A stretch of 64,000 bases of DNA. Origin: Camelus ferus (Eukaryota). The translations under genes were made by a program, and so were the position numbers. A model generated the notes under the pieces. The model was not told the origin of the DNA. It was given only the letters and a program-made list of their open reading frames with translations, and did not search any database. The stretch lies in the NCBI RefSeq assembly GCF_009834535.1, contig NC_045696.1:2482001-2546000 (forward strand), written 5' to 3'. Below, piece by piece: positions 12,319-25,600 of the stretch; the first letter of the stretch is position 1; the number at the start of each line of letters is the position of its first letter.

Positions 12319-15300
12319 CCTATCACAGATCACGACAGTTTACAACAGTTTCCCTCCTTGAACGTGATCCCCCCAGCACTCGGGGGAGGCGGGGTCCGGC
12401 GTGTCACCCCCAGTTTCAGTTGGGGACCATATCCAGCAGGATGGGCTGAGTTATGCTGAGCTTGGGAACACCACCAAAATCCCTCAGCTTAAGAATCCTT
12501 TTGGGAACCACTATGAAAAGAAAATAACTCCTCAGTAGATTGCATTTTGTTTCAATTTGGATTTAAAATACATCAGCTCCTGAAGGTGGGCCCCTGGGAA
12601 GCCACTGGCTGGTGGGTCACGTGGAGGGGGTGCCAGCCCGCACGGCGGGATTTTCCCAGTGCGCTCTGCCCACCCCAGGCAGGGGCTCAGGTGGGGCGCC
12701 TGCACCTCGGGGGCAGGGGACGCCCTTGATGGAGCGCCCGCAAGGTCGAGGCTGTGGCTGTTCAGAGCCACTTTCCACTGCAGGTGAGTGACATCATTAC
12801 CAGGAGCGTGCTAATAGGCTCCTGGGTTCTGTCCCTGATTAGATCAGCCATGAGCTGGAGCTGAGGTCATTTCCAACCTCGTCTAAGGAAGGAGGGGATC
12901 CTTGGGCTCAGCAAGCGCAGGGTGAGGGCGACGTCCCCGGGCAGCCAGAGCCTCGGCTGTGACGCAGGGACGACGTCTGTGGATAAAGGACTCACTGTGC
13001 CTCTGCTCCGCCCGCCTCCGCCTGCGGGGCTCTGAGTAAGCCCTCCCTGCTGGCGTGTCCTCGCCGCCTGAACCCGGGAAGCAGAGAACCAGCCCCCACT
13101 CTGCGCTCGCCCACCCTTGGCCCCTGCCCTTGCTCCGAGCTAGAACCTTGGGCCAAACTCAAGTTCCCCGAAGGCAGACCTGAGGCAAGGGTTTGGGTGG
13201 AGCCCAGTGAGGAGGTGGGGGTGGGAGCGGGGAGGGAAGACCTGCAGGGACTGGTGGCAGGCGCACCGGGCACACCTCTGAGCGCTGCCTCTGGGCGAGG
13301 AAGCCAGTGTTTACCCACCCACTCCCAGCCCTGAAGCTGGACTTTGCTCTTGGGGCTGCAGGCGTGTCTACGCCCCTGAGAACACCTTCAGGCAGGGGCT
13401 GAACGGTGCAGCCCATTGTCTGCCATCACCTGCCAGCCAGCACCCTGGAGTCAGGGACAAACTTTTCTGACTCAGGTTCAAGGCTGGCATTTGGGAGGGC
13501 ATGGTGAGCGTCTCCAGGACAGGGACAAGGTCAGAGACGGGCCCATCCCTGTGTGACATGAGCACGAACTCAGCGACCCTTGCAGACCGGCTGGCCTGCA
13601 GCTGCAGTGACAGATTACGGCGGGCCGTGGGGAGCAGCGCCAGTTCTGGCTGTGGGTGGTCGTCGCCTGGAGCCTGGACGAAGGACGCAGGAGCTGGGAC
13701 CCATGGGGCCTCAGCCCTGGGGGTGCCCTGCAGAGGGGTGTCCCCTGGGGGACCCGCCGCCGCCACCTCCAGGGCGCTGGGTGTCTGGCCCCCGACGCCC
13801 TGCCCTTGCTCCAGGTTCTCTCGCGGACCGTCTTCTGGGTCCGCCGCCTCCCGCGTGGCCCTTGGTGCCAGGAAAGGTGCAGGCACACACTATGTGGAGG
13901 CTGCTAGGCCGACCATGATTTTTAGGGTCACTTTAAAGGGAACTGGTGCTTGCTATGCGAGTCGCTGCTTGTGCTGCAGACACTCAGCTGGGTCCAGGGA
14001 GTCGGTCAGGTCGAAGCTCTTTCTCAGACTCCTTCAGAGCCCACCGTCGTGGAGGGCAGGGCAGGGGGTTCCGGCCCCGCCGGCCCCTCCTTTCACCTGG
14101 ACCACCTTCTCCCTGGCTCCGTTTCTCCTCCCACCTCGAGTTGGGACCCCTCAGACCCTCTCCCTGGGCTCGACCTGCCTGCTGAGGCTGCCAGCGCCTC
14201 CCTCCCGGGCGCTCACATCCTGTGGGTGATGTGGGGGTGTCTCTGGACACCTGGGCTGCTCGCTTTTCTCCTTGATGGCTCTTCTGGACCCACAAGGTCA
14301 AGACCCCCACCCTGCGGGGGGCCAGGCCCAGCCCCTTCCTGCAGCCAGAGGACCGTGTGGCCGTGCCAACCAGCCGATGGCTGGTAAGTTGGCGGACCTT
14401 GTCCTGATGGGCCCCAGGCCCCCAGCCTTCCTGGCAGGAAGCACGCCCTGCAGGCCAGAGAGGCGGCCTCCTGTGTGAATTGCGACAGGAGTGTTTGCAC
14501 AGGGCTCAGCTGAGTGTTTGCTGGCAGGACTTCTGTCACACTGGCTGGGAGGCGGCGGGGAAGGGGAGCGAGAAGTGACGTCCGGGTGGGGGGCGTGCCA
14601 GGAGGCTGTGCAGGGGGCTGTGCGGGGGTGGGGGTGCGTGCATGAACGAGTGTGCAGGGGTGTGTGTGAGCATGGGTGGGACAGAGCGTGAGTGTGCGCT
14701 GGGGGTGAGACTGACTAGAATGACCATGAACAACTGCAAGCATTTTTCTGATTTGTGAGGTTATCTGAAAAGTCTATAAAGGGAGAAAATTAAATCACAT
14801 GTACTGAATCCCACAGAATTACAGGAAGGCAGGATTGTCCCCAGGTCTCAAACACAGGGGCTGTGCATTGCTGCTCTGTGACGCTCAGCCCCCTCCCTCC
14901 CTGGGGTGCAGGTCCCAGGGCAAACCCACGGCAGGGGTGAGCCACTCCCTGTCAACACTGAGCCCCGCCCTGTCCTGTGTTGCCCCCCAGGAAACTGGTG
15001 ATCCCCAAAGCAGCCCTAGAGGGACGTGTGTGTGTGTGGCGGCCAGCCTCTACGTGACCCCCTTTCTCCTGGCCCTGCCCCTGCTCCGTGGCCCCTGCCC
15101 CGTCTGGGGAGCTGGCCCTGGGCTGCCTTCGACTGTGGCCAAGCTCACTCCTCTGTCTGAGGCCCTGGGGGCTTGGAGAGAAGGCCTGTCAGCCCCGGGA
15201 GGGGTGACACAGAAAGAACCTGTGCAGAGTCCTCTGGTCAGAGGTCCCCTGCCGGAGACGGAGGAAGGGGGATGTGGCCCTTTGCCCGACCGCTGAGCTG

Positions 15301-17436
15301 GGGCGTCTCACCCGCTGCCCTTGGACTCAGACTGCGACTCGGAGCATGGCCCTCCTGGTTCTTGGGCCTTCACACTCAGACTGAATGACACCGCCGGCTG
15401 TCCTGGTCCCCAGCCTGCGGAGGGAAGCCAGTTCCTCACAGTAGGTCTGTCTGTCTGCCTACCTGCCCACCTCCCGAGCTGCTGGGTCTGTTCTCTGGGG
15501 ACCCTGGCTGACACAATGCCTGCTTTGGGGGGGTGCGCCCATCTTCTCATGTGGCCCTCTCCCTGTCGTGCATGCCCTGTCACCCTCCCCCCACCCCCAA
15601 GGCCCCTCCAAGTCGCTTCCCTCGGGCTGCTCTGTCAGCCCTGGGCAGGGGGCTGTGACAGCGACAGGCTCGGCCCCAGCAGCCAGACCTGGCCTGCACA
15701 CTGAGGGGTGGCCCTTGGGGACCCTACATGCTCTCCAGGGATGCCTCCCCCGGGCTGGGGGTACAGGTGCCTCTGTGACCATCCCACGGCCCTCACTGCT
15801 GTCCCTGCTGCAGACCCCGCCCCCGTTCGCTCCTTCCCACCAGCTGTGTCCTCCCTGGGCCCACAGCTGCCCAGCCTGGGATTTAAACATAACAGCACGA
15901 CCTAGGGCCCCAACGGTGATGGGGGAAAAGCAGTGCTAACAGGGACACCCTCCCCTGCTTTAGGGTCTGCCCCTTGGAAAGGGGCAGGGAGGGGAGACAG
16001 GGCTGGGAGAGGAGTACGAGGCCGAGGCTGGAGTCCGGGGCCCCTCCCGGGGTGGGGATGTCGTGGAGCTGGGCCTGGGGCCCCGCCCAGCGCAGCCCCT
16101 TGGGAGGGTCAGGGTCCTGGCCTGGGGGCCTGTGTCCATAACCTGATCACAGGTGAACAAGCTCAAAGTCACACTGCTTATCACACTTTTGAGACTGAGA
16201 GAGGGCTAGAAGCCCACACCCTCGCGGCCCTCGCAGCCTTTGTGTTTTATCGCACAACCGCAGTCACTCTTCTGGGCGCGGTCCTTCTTTCCTTAGGTGC
16301 CACGACAGTCGCTTGGCTGTAGCATTCGCCTGTGACGCTGGTACGAGCGAAGATAAGCTCTCCAACGCCAATTCGCTTACTGAAGTACCAGCCACGGCCT
16401 TTTCCTCTTCTGCCCAGAGAATGCGGCCTGACTAGAACCTCTGACGTGACATTATTGCACAGTGATTCCACAGAGCAGGGGCCACAGCAGCGACACAACC
16501 CAAAAGGCAGCGTCTGGCCTCCAGGGAACAAACCCACCAAGATCAACATAAAAAAATATGTGTCAGAAAGTGGGAAAAGGACTAACTTCACTGCAGCTCA
16601 GGCTGCCTCCTCATCAGAGCCGTAAGTCCCACTGCCCTCCACAGGCCGAAGCCCCTTCCCTCACAGCCCATCAGAGCTCTGCTCCCCCACGCCATTGTGT
16701 GCACAGCCCCTTCCTCAACAAAAGACCCTGCGCGTTTGCAGCCGGGGCTCACACAGGCACCTCTTGTCTCTGCGGCCCGCCGCTGCCTGCTGCGGTGCGC
16801 TATTAACACCTTTCCTTTGTTCTTACATTTCTTTTGGTTTCTGGTAAACGTTACGAGCCCACGTCACCAGCCCGCCGTGTGTTCCCCAACACTGTGTCTC
16901 CTCCATCTGGTGACAGCTGCCAGGTCAGTCCCCAACCCCCAACGCCCTGAGCCCACGAGACTTGACGGCCTGACCTCTACTTTTACTTCTAGAGGTCGGA
17001 CGTGTGATGTCCACCTGATTAGCGAAGGGTCTCCTTGGGTCCCTGGCTGGAACTAGGGGGAAAAGTCATGCTTTCCCTGGGGGCTGTTAAACTGGTAAGA
17101 TGCTAGCGGTTCATCAGAACAAAGGCACAGAGGGCGGCGGAGCTGAGGAGCCAGGGAGAAGACGGAGGAGAACAGAGAAATGTCGTTCCAGGAGCAGGAC
17201 CCAGCCCAGCCGGAGCCCCAGCGAGCCCCGAGCCCTTCCCCCGTGTCAACCACAGGCTGTCTTTTTTAGCTTAAAGCAGTTTGAGTTAGTTGCACTTCTG
17301 TCCTTCACAACCAACGGAAGCGGGGCCGAGACACCCCCGACAGAAAATAGAAGAAATATGAATGGCCAGTAAACACGAAAACAGAATCATTCCGAGTGAG
17401 GACATTCAAGAACGAGACATTAAAGTGAATGCGCAC

Positions 17437-17873
17437 AGTTGTGGGTTGAATCGTGCGCCCCTCAGGAGGTATGCTCGAGGTCTCATCCTCAGCACCCAAG
17501 ACTGCGACCTTATTTGGAAACAAGGCCATCGCGGGTGTAATTAGTTGAGGTGAGGCCAGCTGGAGGAGCTGGGCCCCTGGTGCAATGTGATTGGTGTCCT
17601 TGTAGGAAGAGAGTCCCGGGGAAAGGTGGTCACATGACGGTGGAGGCCCGATGGGAGCGGTGGGTCTCCAGGCCCAGGGCTGACAAGCGCTGAGGGATGG
17701 ACAGCAGCTGGGAGGGGCAGGCAGGCCCTCCCCGGAGCCTCAGGAGGGAGCCCGGCCCTGCCCGCAGCGTGATCTCAGCCTTCTGGCCCCCAGAACTGTG
17801 GACGAGGGACTTCCTGTTGTCTGAAGCCACGCAGATCGTGAGACGTTCTCACAGCGGTGCTAGGACACTGATG
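17437..17873 (+). mobile_element. MLT1B/C-like solo LTR
   Basis: gttgtgggttgaatcgtg...gaccttatttggaaacaagg...gtaattagttgaggtgagg...ggccctgcccgcagcgtgatctcagccttctggcccccagaactgtg. Confidence 0.85.
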
Positions 17874-17879
17874 CGGATA

Positions 17880-18440
17880 CTGTTTCGCTTCGGAATGAGC
17901 AAACTGCTTTTTAAACAAAAATTCTTGCATGTTGGGAAGGTGCGAAGTCAGGGGAGTCCCAGTGACTGGACAACGTGTACCCAAGCCTTTGAGAGGATCT
18001 GTCATATTTAACTTGGTCATTCCGTTTTTAAGGCTTGATCCTGAGGAAACATTTCGTGTAGGAAGTAACAGATTTGGAGAAGAGGCTCATAAGAACGTTG
18101 TTTATAATAATATGTAAAAACAATGTGTCTGAAAATAGGAGAAATGTTAGATAAATGGAAATCTCAAATAAATATTAGATATAAAGGAATATTACACGTT
18201 AAAATACGTCTTTAAATAATACATGAGCCAAGGAAATTCTCTTCATAAAAATAGAAAGAACGGGATCTAAAACTGCTCATGTAGGGTATCATCCAACTTA
18301 TTTTTAAAAGATCTGCAACATATATTCATCTAACTAGAAGAAAATACACCAAAATACTAATAGTGGTGACTTCTGGATGGTAGGAATATGGGTGACTTTA
18401 ACTTCAGTGTTTATTATTTCCTTTAGGCTTATTCTCATGT
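17880..18440 (+). mobile_element. Probable old L1 (L1ME-type) 3' remnant
   Basis: AT-rich block with gaagaaaatacaccaaaatactaatagtggtgacttctggatggtaggaatatgggtgactt, typical of L1ME 3' ends. Confidence 0.55.
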
Positions 18441-21400
18441 GTATTTCTTATAATAGTCATCTATTCAATTTTATCCAAAAAATGTTTTCAAATTCCAAAT
18501 TACTCAGCGTGCACCTTCGATTGAAACTAATATAGAAAAAACATTCTTTGGAAACCCAACGCGAGATAACAGCGCCCGACAGAGGTCAGGAAACTCGCGC
18601 ACGTTTCAAGAAACAGAGCCGCTAAGATATGGTAGCAAAGCCCCAGCGAGCTGATGCTTCCAGGTAAGAACCTGAGGTGCCTGGCCACCCCGGGCTCTGA
18701 TCGCTGCGACCTTGGGGGGTCTGGGGACCAGCCCCCGCTCCTCCCCCACTGGTGCGTTTCTTCTTCCCCCTCCTTATTCCCTGATCTGTGAATGTTTGTC
18801 TCCCTGGTCCGGGAGACAATTACGCAGAGGGGAAACCCCAGACGCAGAGCCTGCTGACCTGGTCTAGGTCACCCACAGGTCGGGACGGGGGCGGAAGAAA
18901 AGCCGGGGTTGGCAGCCTCTCCCAGGTCACCGGGCAGCACAGGGGACAGGGAGCCCAGCGTGAGCACACGTACCTCCCACACCCACCCAGACACACAGAC
19001 ATACGCATCGCACAGAGACACACCACACACACTCCGTCCGCCCTAACGTGTCTGAGCCGGCACTCCTCCGAGAGGAGCATGCTATCTGGGGATGGAGGGG
19101 AGGCTGGAGGGAGGGCTTTGGGCCTCTGTACCGTTCGGCTGCTGCACAGGAACGTGACCACGAGTTACAGGTGTCGTCTAAATAGGAGCAAGTGAACCTG
19201 AGCCAAAGCCCGACCTCCAGCCTGACCCTTGGCCCTGCTGGCCCCTGACCCGGAAGGCATCCTCATACTGGCGCTGGACAGGTGGGGCGCGGCACGGCCC
19301 CTCCCTGCAAGGTGAGCTCTGCTGGTCTGAATGGCCCAGTCTGGCCACCCACCCTTTAGTCTATGGGCCACGGGGCAGCCGGCACCTCCCTCCAGTGGCT
19401 GAGAGACGGATGTCTTGAGAGCTGTGGAGCCTCTGTTCTGCAGCCTGTATGAACCCCCAAAAGAGGACTTCTGTTTCTGGGGCCTGAATGTCTCCTTACT
19501 GTCCCATTCTCTCCTTCCTTTATCTGGCTTTAGGAGCAGAGGGTGGAGATCATATGACCCAGAAAGGACTTGTTTTAATTGCACCCATGCCTGGAGGATG
19601 CTGGAGGTCCATCCCTGGGTACCACTCGGGGAAGACGCTGGCTCGTGCCAGGAGGAGCAGCACCCCCGCACAGGCCCTGGGGTAGCCACAGGGAAGGCTG
19701 GAGGGGACTGAGTGGGGAGGAGGGCAGTGTGACAGCCAGCCCCTGTGCAGAGACAGCTGCCTCACAGGACAGCATGTGGCATTCTCTATGACAGGCCCAG
19801 CATCAGGACCCAGAGGAGGGCCCTCCTGGGGCGAGAGATGGGGAGCAGGCATTGTCAGGCTGAATTTAGTTCAGGGGGCAAACCAGATACCTCAATTTGC
19901 ACACTTTTGTTCATGCTCCGCTTGCCCCCAGCCCAGCTGCGTGACAGCCCTGTGTCTCTGCCCTGCTCAGCTGAATCTTCTGGAATAACCTCTCCCAGAC
20001 CCACGCTTTGTCTCTTCCTCACCCTCCTCTCCCTGACAGCCCCTCGATGGCATCTCTATGTGTGAGCCTTCTTGGCACTGGGGGATTCCTCAAAAGCCCC
20101 CTGGTGCACTCCTCACAGCCAGCTGAGGGTGCAGGGACTACACACCATGGGTAAAGAGACCGAGGCCCTGGCGGGCTGCTGCCACCTGGGCTGCGCAGGG
20201 GGACAGCGGGAGCTGGGCGCCAGCGGGCGTCAGAGTCCACGAAGCCCAGCTGGCCCGCTGCCCTGATGCTGTGACCCCGAATGGCCCCCAGTCCTGGAGT
20301 CTGCTCCGAGGGCCCCGGGGCCGTGAGGCAAGGAGGTCTTTCAACTGGTGTTCCCAAGTCAGCCCAGGATTTTGCATCTATTTGCAGGCATGGGCGGAGG
20401 GTGGCCCTTCCCTGAGAGAGCCTGGGAGTCCATCCTTTGTCTAGCGGGAACCAGCGCTGAAGTGGGCTGACAGTGCCCAGGTGGCTAGTGACTCAGAAGG
20501 TGGTGCACGGCGCCTCACGCACCTGCGCACCTGCTCTGAGGAAACAGAAGCAAACACAGCTGGTCTGGGGATCTGAGATTTCAGTGGTTCCACTTTGGTG
20601 GTGCCTGCTGATTTCTGGTCTGTGGTTTATTGGTGAAGAGAAGGTTCTGGAAACCTCCTTCCTGGCCTTGGGGTGACCCAGAGATTCCTGACCCTGGGCT
20701 GGGTTGGCTGGACCTTCTTCCTGGTCCGGGCACCCTGAGAGGTTCTGACTAGCTTAAATCTCTCGCCTGTTCCAGTGGTTTTGGACCGAGCTGTGTCATA
20801 CACAGCAAGTGTGATTTTCCCACCAGACTTGTGTTCTCTCTGGTTTAACAGAAACCGCCGTGGGGATCTGGGCTTGACAGAGGTGTGCTAATGGGTCCTT
20901 GTCCCACCGTGTCCACGTCCTCCGCGGGCCCTCGGCTTGTCAGTAGCCACGCTGCGGCTGTCAGGTGTCATGGCGGGCGCTCGGCCTGGGGGTGAGTTTA
21001 TGGTCACTTGTATTAGTTGGTGCCAGTGACGTCTCTGCCTCTTTGTGACGTAGGCTGGTGTGTTTTCTTTCTAAACAAACAACACAACAATACCAAAACC
21101 CACAGAAACTAGGTCAGAAAGAATGAAACACCTTTGCAAGCTGCACCGGAAAAGCTGGACGCTGAGCGCGGAGGGAGCCGAGCGAGGGTCCTCCCAGGCA
21201 GACAGAGGCTTCTGTGTCACCTTGGCAACGGGGGGACGAGGACTCCCCGTCCTCCATGGCCCCCAAGCCCTGCTGAGCTGGCCTGAGCCTGCAGGTCCCC
21301 AGGCTGTCTGGGAGCCCCTGGGTTTCTGAGATTCCACTCTTGGCTTCCAGGGCCCACCTCCTCCCTGGGGCTGTGCCATCCTGAGCAGGCTGGGCCGGGC

Positions 21401-22594
21401 ATCCCACCTTGACCCTGGGTGCCTCTCACGGCCACATCATCCCCAGGCAAGGTCTCCCAGAGGACATGGGAGGAAAGGCTGGTCAGAGGGGCCAGGCTGT
21501 CAGCACGGGGAGGAGGGCGACGAGGGGTTAAACAGAGGATGCACAGCCACTTCCATCACGGGATTCCGGGCGGGATTCTGGTGACGGGATAATGTCCTGG
21601 CAGGATGCTTCCTTTACAGGGCGTGTGGCCAAGGCAGAATGAATGCACGTCACACACTGAAAGGTCTCAACACTACTTATAAGACTAGGAGGAAAGCGTC
21701 AAACTGTCAGTGCCGCTTGGTTTCATCTTTAAGTATTTTTATATTTTCTATTGATTTTTATATTCAGGAGAGACAAAGCGCTTTACAAGAAAGCACCAGT
21801 CTGCTCGGGAGCACTTACCTGGCTCCCACTCATCTCGTGAAATTGACTGGGATCTGTCTAGAAGCCACAGGGGGAGCTGGGGTCTGGCCCTTCTGTCACT
21901 GCCCGTCCCTCCCTCGGGTCACCCCAGAACCTGCTCCTGGAACAGGGGATCCTTTACTTCCTCCCCAAGTCTGGGCTGGGCAAACCGCTTCAACTTTCAT
22001 TGCCGCTGGGGCCTCTCACCACGGACCCTCAGCTCTGCTTCCTGTCCTCACTCCCTCCTCCCCAGCCTGGAAGCCACACTTCAGACTGTGCCCACTGCCA
22101 GGCATCACCCCAAACTCCTTCCCCCTCATCTTCACCTCCTTCCCCATTAGCATCCTTGCCTGGCAATGCCCCAACCCCGGTTAGGCCCAGATACCCACTT
22201 ACCCGTCCTCGTCCAAGCACCACAGAGAAAAATCACACGACCATTTGGGCAAGCCTTTGTGAATGGACCTTAGCTGGTGCCCAGAGCTCCCACTGCTTTG
22301 CCTGTCCGCTCGGAGCTGGTCTGGCTCTCCCTTCTCCTCTTCTCCTACCTCGGCTGGCCCTCCAGCACCCCCGCCCCCATCCCCCCGCCCCCGGCCCTGT
22401 GTGCACACCCTCTGCCTTCCCTCCGGCGGAAATGGGAGCAGCCCCCGTGGAAGGCCGCTTTCCTTGCCAAGCCACTCCGTCCATCACGCTGATTCATTTT
22501 CTTCCTCTCAGTTGCTGCCTTCTGAAAGCATCTTACCAGCCATCACCCTGTCTTTATGGCCTGTCTGCTTAACTGCGTGACTTCCTCGCAAGAT

Positions 22595-22685
22595 GGCATC
22601 TTGTCTGTTCCCCTCCCACTGTGCTCACAGCCCCAGACAGTGCGTGCACACAGTAGGTGCTTCACGAGCCTGTGTGGACACTGCT
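22595..22685 (+). mobile_element. L2 LINE 3' end fragment
   Basis: ccccagacagtgcgtgcacacagtaggtgcttca resembles the L2 tail cctagcacagtgcctggcacatagtaggtgctcaa. Confidence 0.55.
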
Positions 22686-25600
22686 GGGTGACTTCCTTGG
22701 CTCTGGCCAGGCAGTCTCGCCTCTCTCTGACCTGCCCCCTCCCTTCCCACGGTCCCTGCTGGCCCATCTGCCTGTCATGATGCTCACCCATGCTCACGAA
22801 TTGCCTTGATCTTGCAAAGAGTAGAAATGCACACGTTTTTGGAAAGAGCGAAGAGTAACATGAGGACAGGACACCATGCTCGACGCCCGTGGACGCCCTA
22901 GACACGATCAGATGAGAAAACCCCTCAGATGTCTCACATCTCCCAGAAGGAACTGGGGTGCTCTGAGCGGCCCTGGGAGAAAGCCCACGCTCCGGCCCCA
23001 CCGAGCTCCTGGCCACCGTCCTGGGAGCCCGAAGGCCACAGAGCCCGGGGCCTTCCCTCCACAGAGCGGAGGCCTCAGGGCTCTTCTCCCTGACTGCCCT
23101 ATGCCTCTGGGAAAACGGTGGAAAACCCTGGGTTTCCTGATGCTGTTTCCCGCCACCTGAGGACAGCGGTTTAATCCGCGGGTGCCGTCAGGACACGTGA
23201 CCACCCCTGCCAGGAATTCTGACATTGCTTTTCTCAGCGAGCCCCCTAGTAAGCGTGATGCCTCTACCTGGATCCTCACTGAGACACTGCCGCTCATCTC
23301 GCCCTCCCGTGGCCCATCTCCAGCTTCCTTAAGAAAACTGTCTTCAGAATGCGGGTCAGGGAGACAGACCCTCTCAGATCTGTCGGGTCCTCAGGTGCAC
23401 TGTCAGCCACGGCCACCCCTTAGCCACACCTGCTTCTTCACTGGTGACTGGAACAGAGGTGGGGAGAGACAGCCTAGAACTTGGGGTTCCGGGGCCAGCT
23501 GGTCCATGAATAGGAAGCTTCTGGTGTGTGTGAAACCCAGTGTTTGGAACTCTGCCCTGACCGTCCCAAGGCTGGCTCTTCAGACCCCCCGGGGCCCCCA
23601 CTCCCAGCTCAACACCCCCAGGACCAGGGATCCCTTCTCTCCCAGCCTGCAGAGGGTCTGGACAGAGGAACGGAGTCATGGAGAAAATGCATCCCACAGG
23701 AGCCGTGGCGCGGGAGGCCGTGCCGTCGGAGGAGCTCCTGAGTTGGCCTGTGAAGAGCTGGGCTTTTTTTTCCCACTTTCTGGACCCCAGGCCAGGGGCT
23801 ATAACTTCCAGATGCAGTGCACACATGTCTATTAGCATGTCCGTGTCACACTCTGCAAATACAGCAGGCAGCAGAAGGGACCAGGGCCGCCCCTGAGTCC
23901 CTGGGACGCAGCTGGTGGCTGGTCTTACTTTCTGATACCTGAAGTGATCGGGCTGATGCCTCCAATAAACCACACAAAACCAAACGAACCAAAGCCAGGA
24001 GGACACAGAGGGCCTTGCGGACCAAGCAGGAGGATGTCAAGAAAGGAAAGCGCCTCATCTTGCTCTCGGTGGCCAGGCGAAAGCCATCTGGAGAAGGGCG
24101 CTGCTGTCCCCCCATCTTTAGTCATGGAGGGGAGCAGGTTAGGACACTGAGGACAGGCTGGGCACACCCTGCCTTGTGTAATTGCTGCCTCGAAGCCTTG
24201 TTCTCTGTGTTTATTCATGTATTTTGAGGATTTTATGATGTGCTTGTGCTCAGGGCCTTGGGTGCCTGGCCAGGAACTTGTGAGTGCTGAAGAGACCACT
24301 TCCTGTGGCTGGTCTCCAGGCTGAAGATCTAGAAACGGGGAGATGAATTCCAGAAACATGGCAGTGAGAAGACAGGCTGAAGAAATTCCGAATGGAAAAG
24401 ACATCTGCCTTACTGTTTCCCCTGACTCTGCAAGGATATATACACTGAAAAACCCCAGTCCTGCAGGCTTTGAGAGCGCCTTGCACTGCGCTCGCTGGAG
24501 AGCTCCTCGAGCAGGCTGCTCGCGCCTGCAGACGCACATGCTTTGTATTTTCTTTTCCTCGTAACAGTGAACGAAGCATGGAAGATGAGAAACTGGAAAA
24601 GAAACCAAGGATTCTGGAAGGAAGCACAGCCTTCAGGGGCTGAGGATACAAACAACAACCAAAGGTGCTCAGAAACAGAGGATCATCAGAGACACATTCA
24701 CGGGGGTGCCGGGAGGAACCCCATGGCGGGAGATGACAGCCTTTTCCTCTGCTCTGCCTGCATCTTCTGAAGGGCAGGGTCCCCGCCCAAGGGGCTGGGG
24801 AACGGTCACAGCCCGTGCAGGGCTGCTCAGATGGTGGGATGTCCAGGAAAGGCTGGGATCCGGGTCAAGTGAGCCTGGATCCAGGGCTCTTCTCTGGGAA
24901 GGCGGTTTTGGCTCTTGGCTGCAGTTTTTATTCAGTGCTGACAAAACGTTTCCAAGCAGCCACCCAGGTGTTTGCAAACATCTACGACGTTTCCAAAGAC
25001 TTGGGCTAGATCTGGGGAGGGGCTGAGGGGGCTGGTGGAGGAGCTGGGGTGCTGGATGTTCCCTGGGTAAGCCTGAGCAAAGTGTTTAAGTCACAAAATG
25101 AGGGACAGCAGGCGAGTGCATTCCAGTCCCTGGTTCTTCATTCTCCTAGGAAGAGATTAGTGGGGTGCTGGGACCCCTAGAAGGGGAGGAAAGCGGTTGC
25201 AAACTACTCAGCTGGAAGGAAGTAAAAACATCCCCCAAATTCTCTGCAGGTGAGCCTGGGACATAACATGAGGGCGCTTTCGAAAGACTAAGGAAACCCT
25301 GAGGCCATTAGTGCCCCCGAGAGGCCTCTCAAAACAGGCTAAATCCACCAACACCTGCCCAGGGAGGGGGTGACGGGGCCTGTTGGGCCAGGCCTGCAAT
25401 CTGACACCGGATCGTCTGAGTTCCAGCCCGGTGCCCTCGCCAGACAGCTGCCCACGCACGGAAGCCTCCCAGGAAGGGTTCTCAGCTCTATCCAATTCGC
25501 TTAAAATGATATTTGAATTCAACATAAGGAAAAATGATTGTGGGCTGGACACAATCTAAATCCCAAAGTGCTGCCTTCCTAATGTTAAAGAAACACCATA

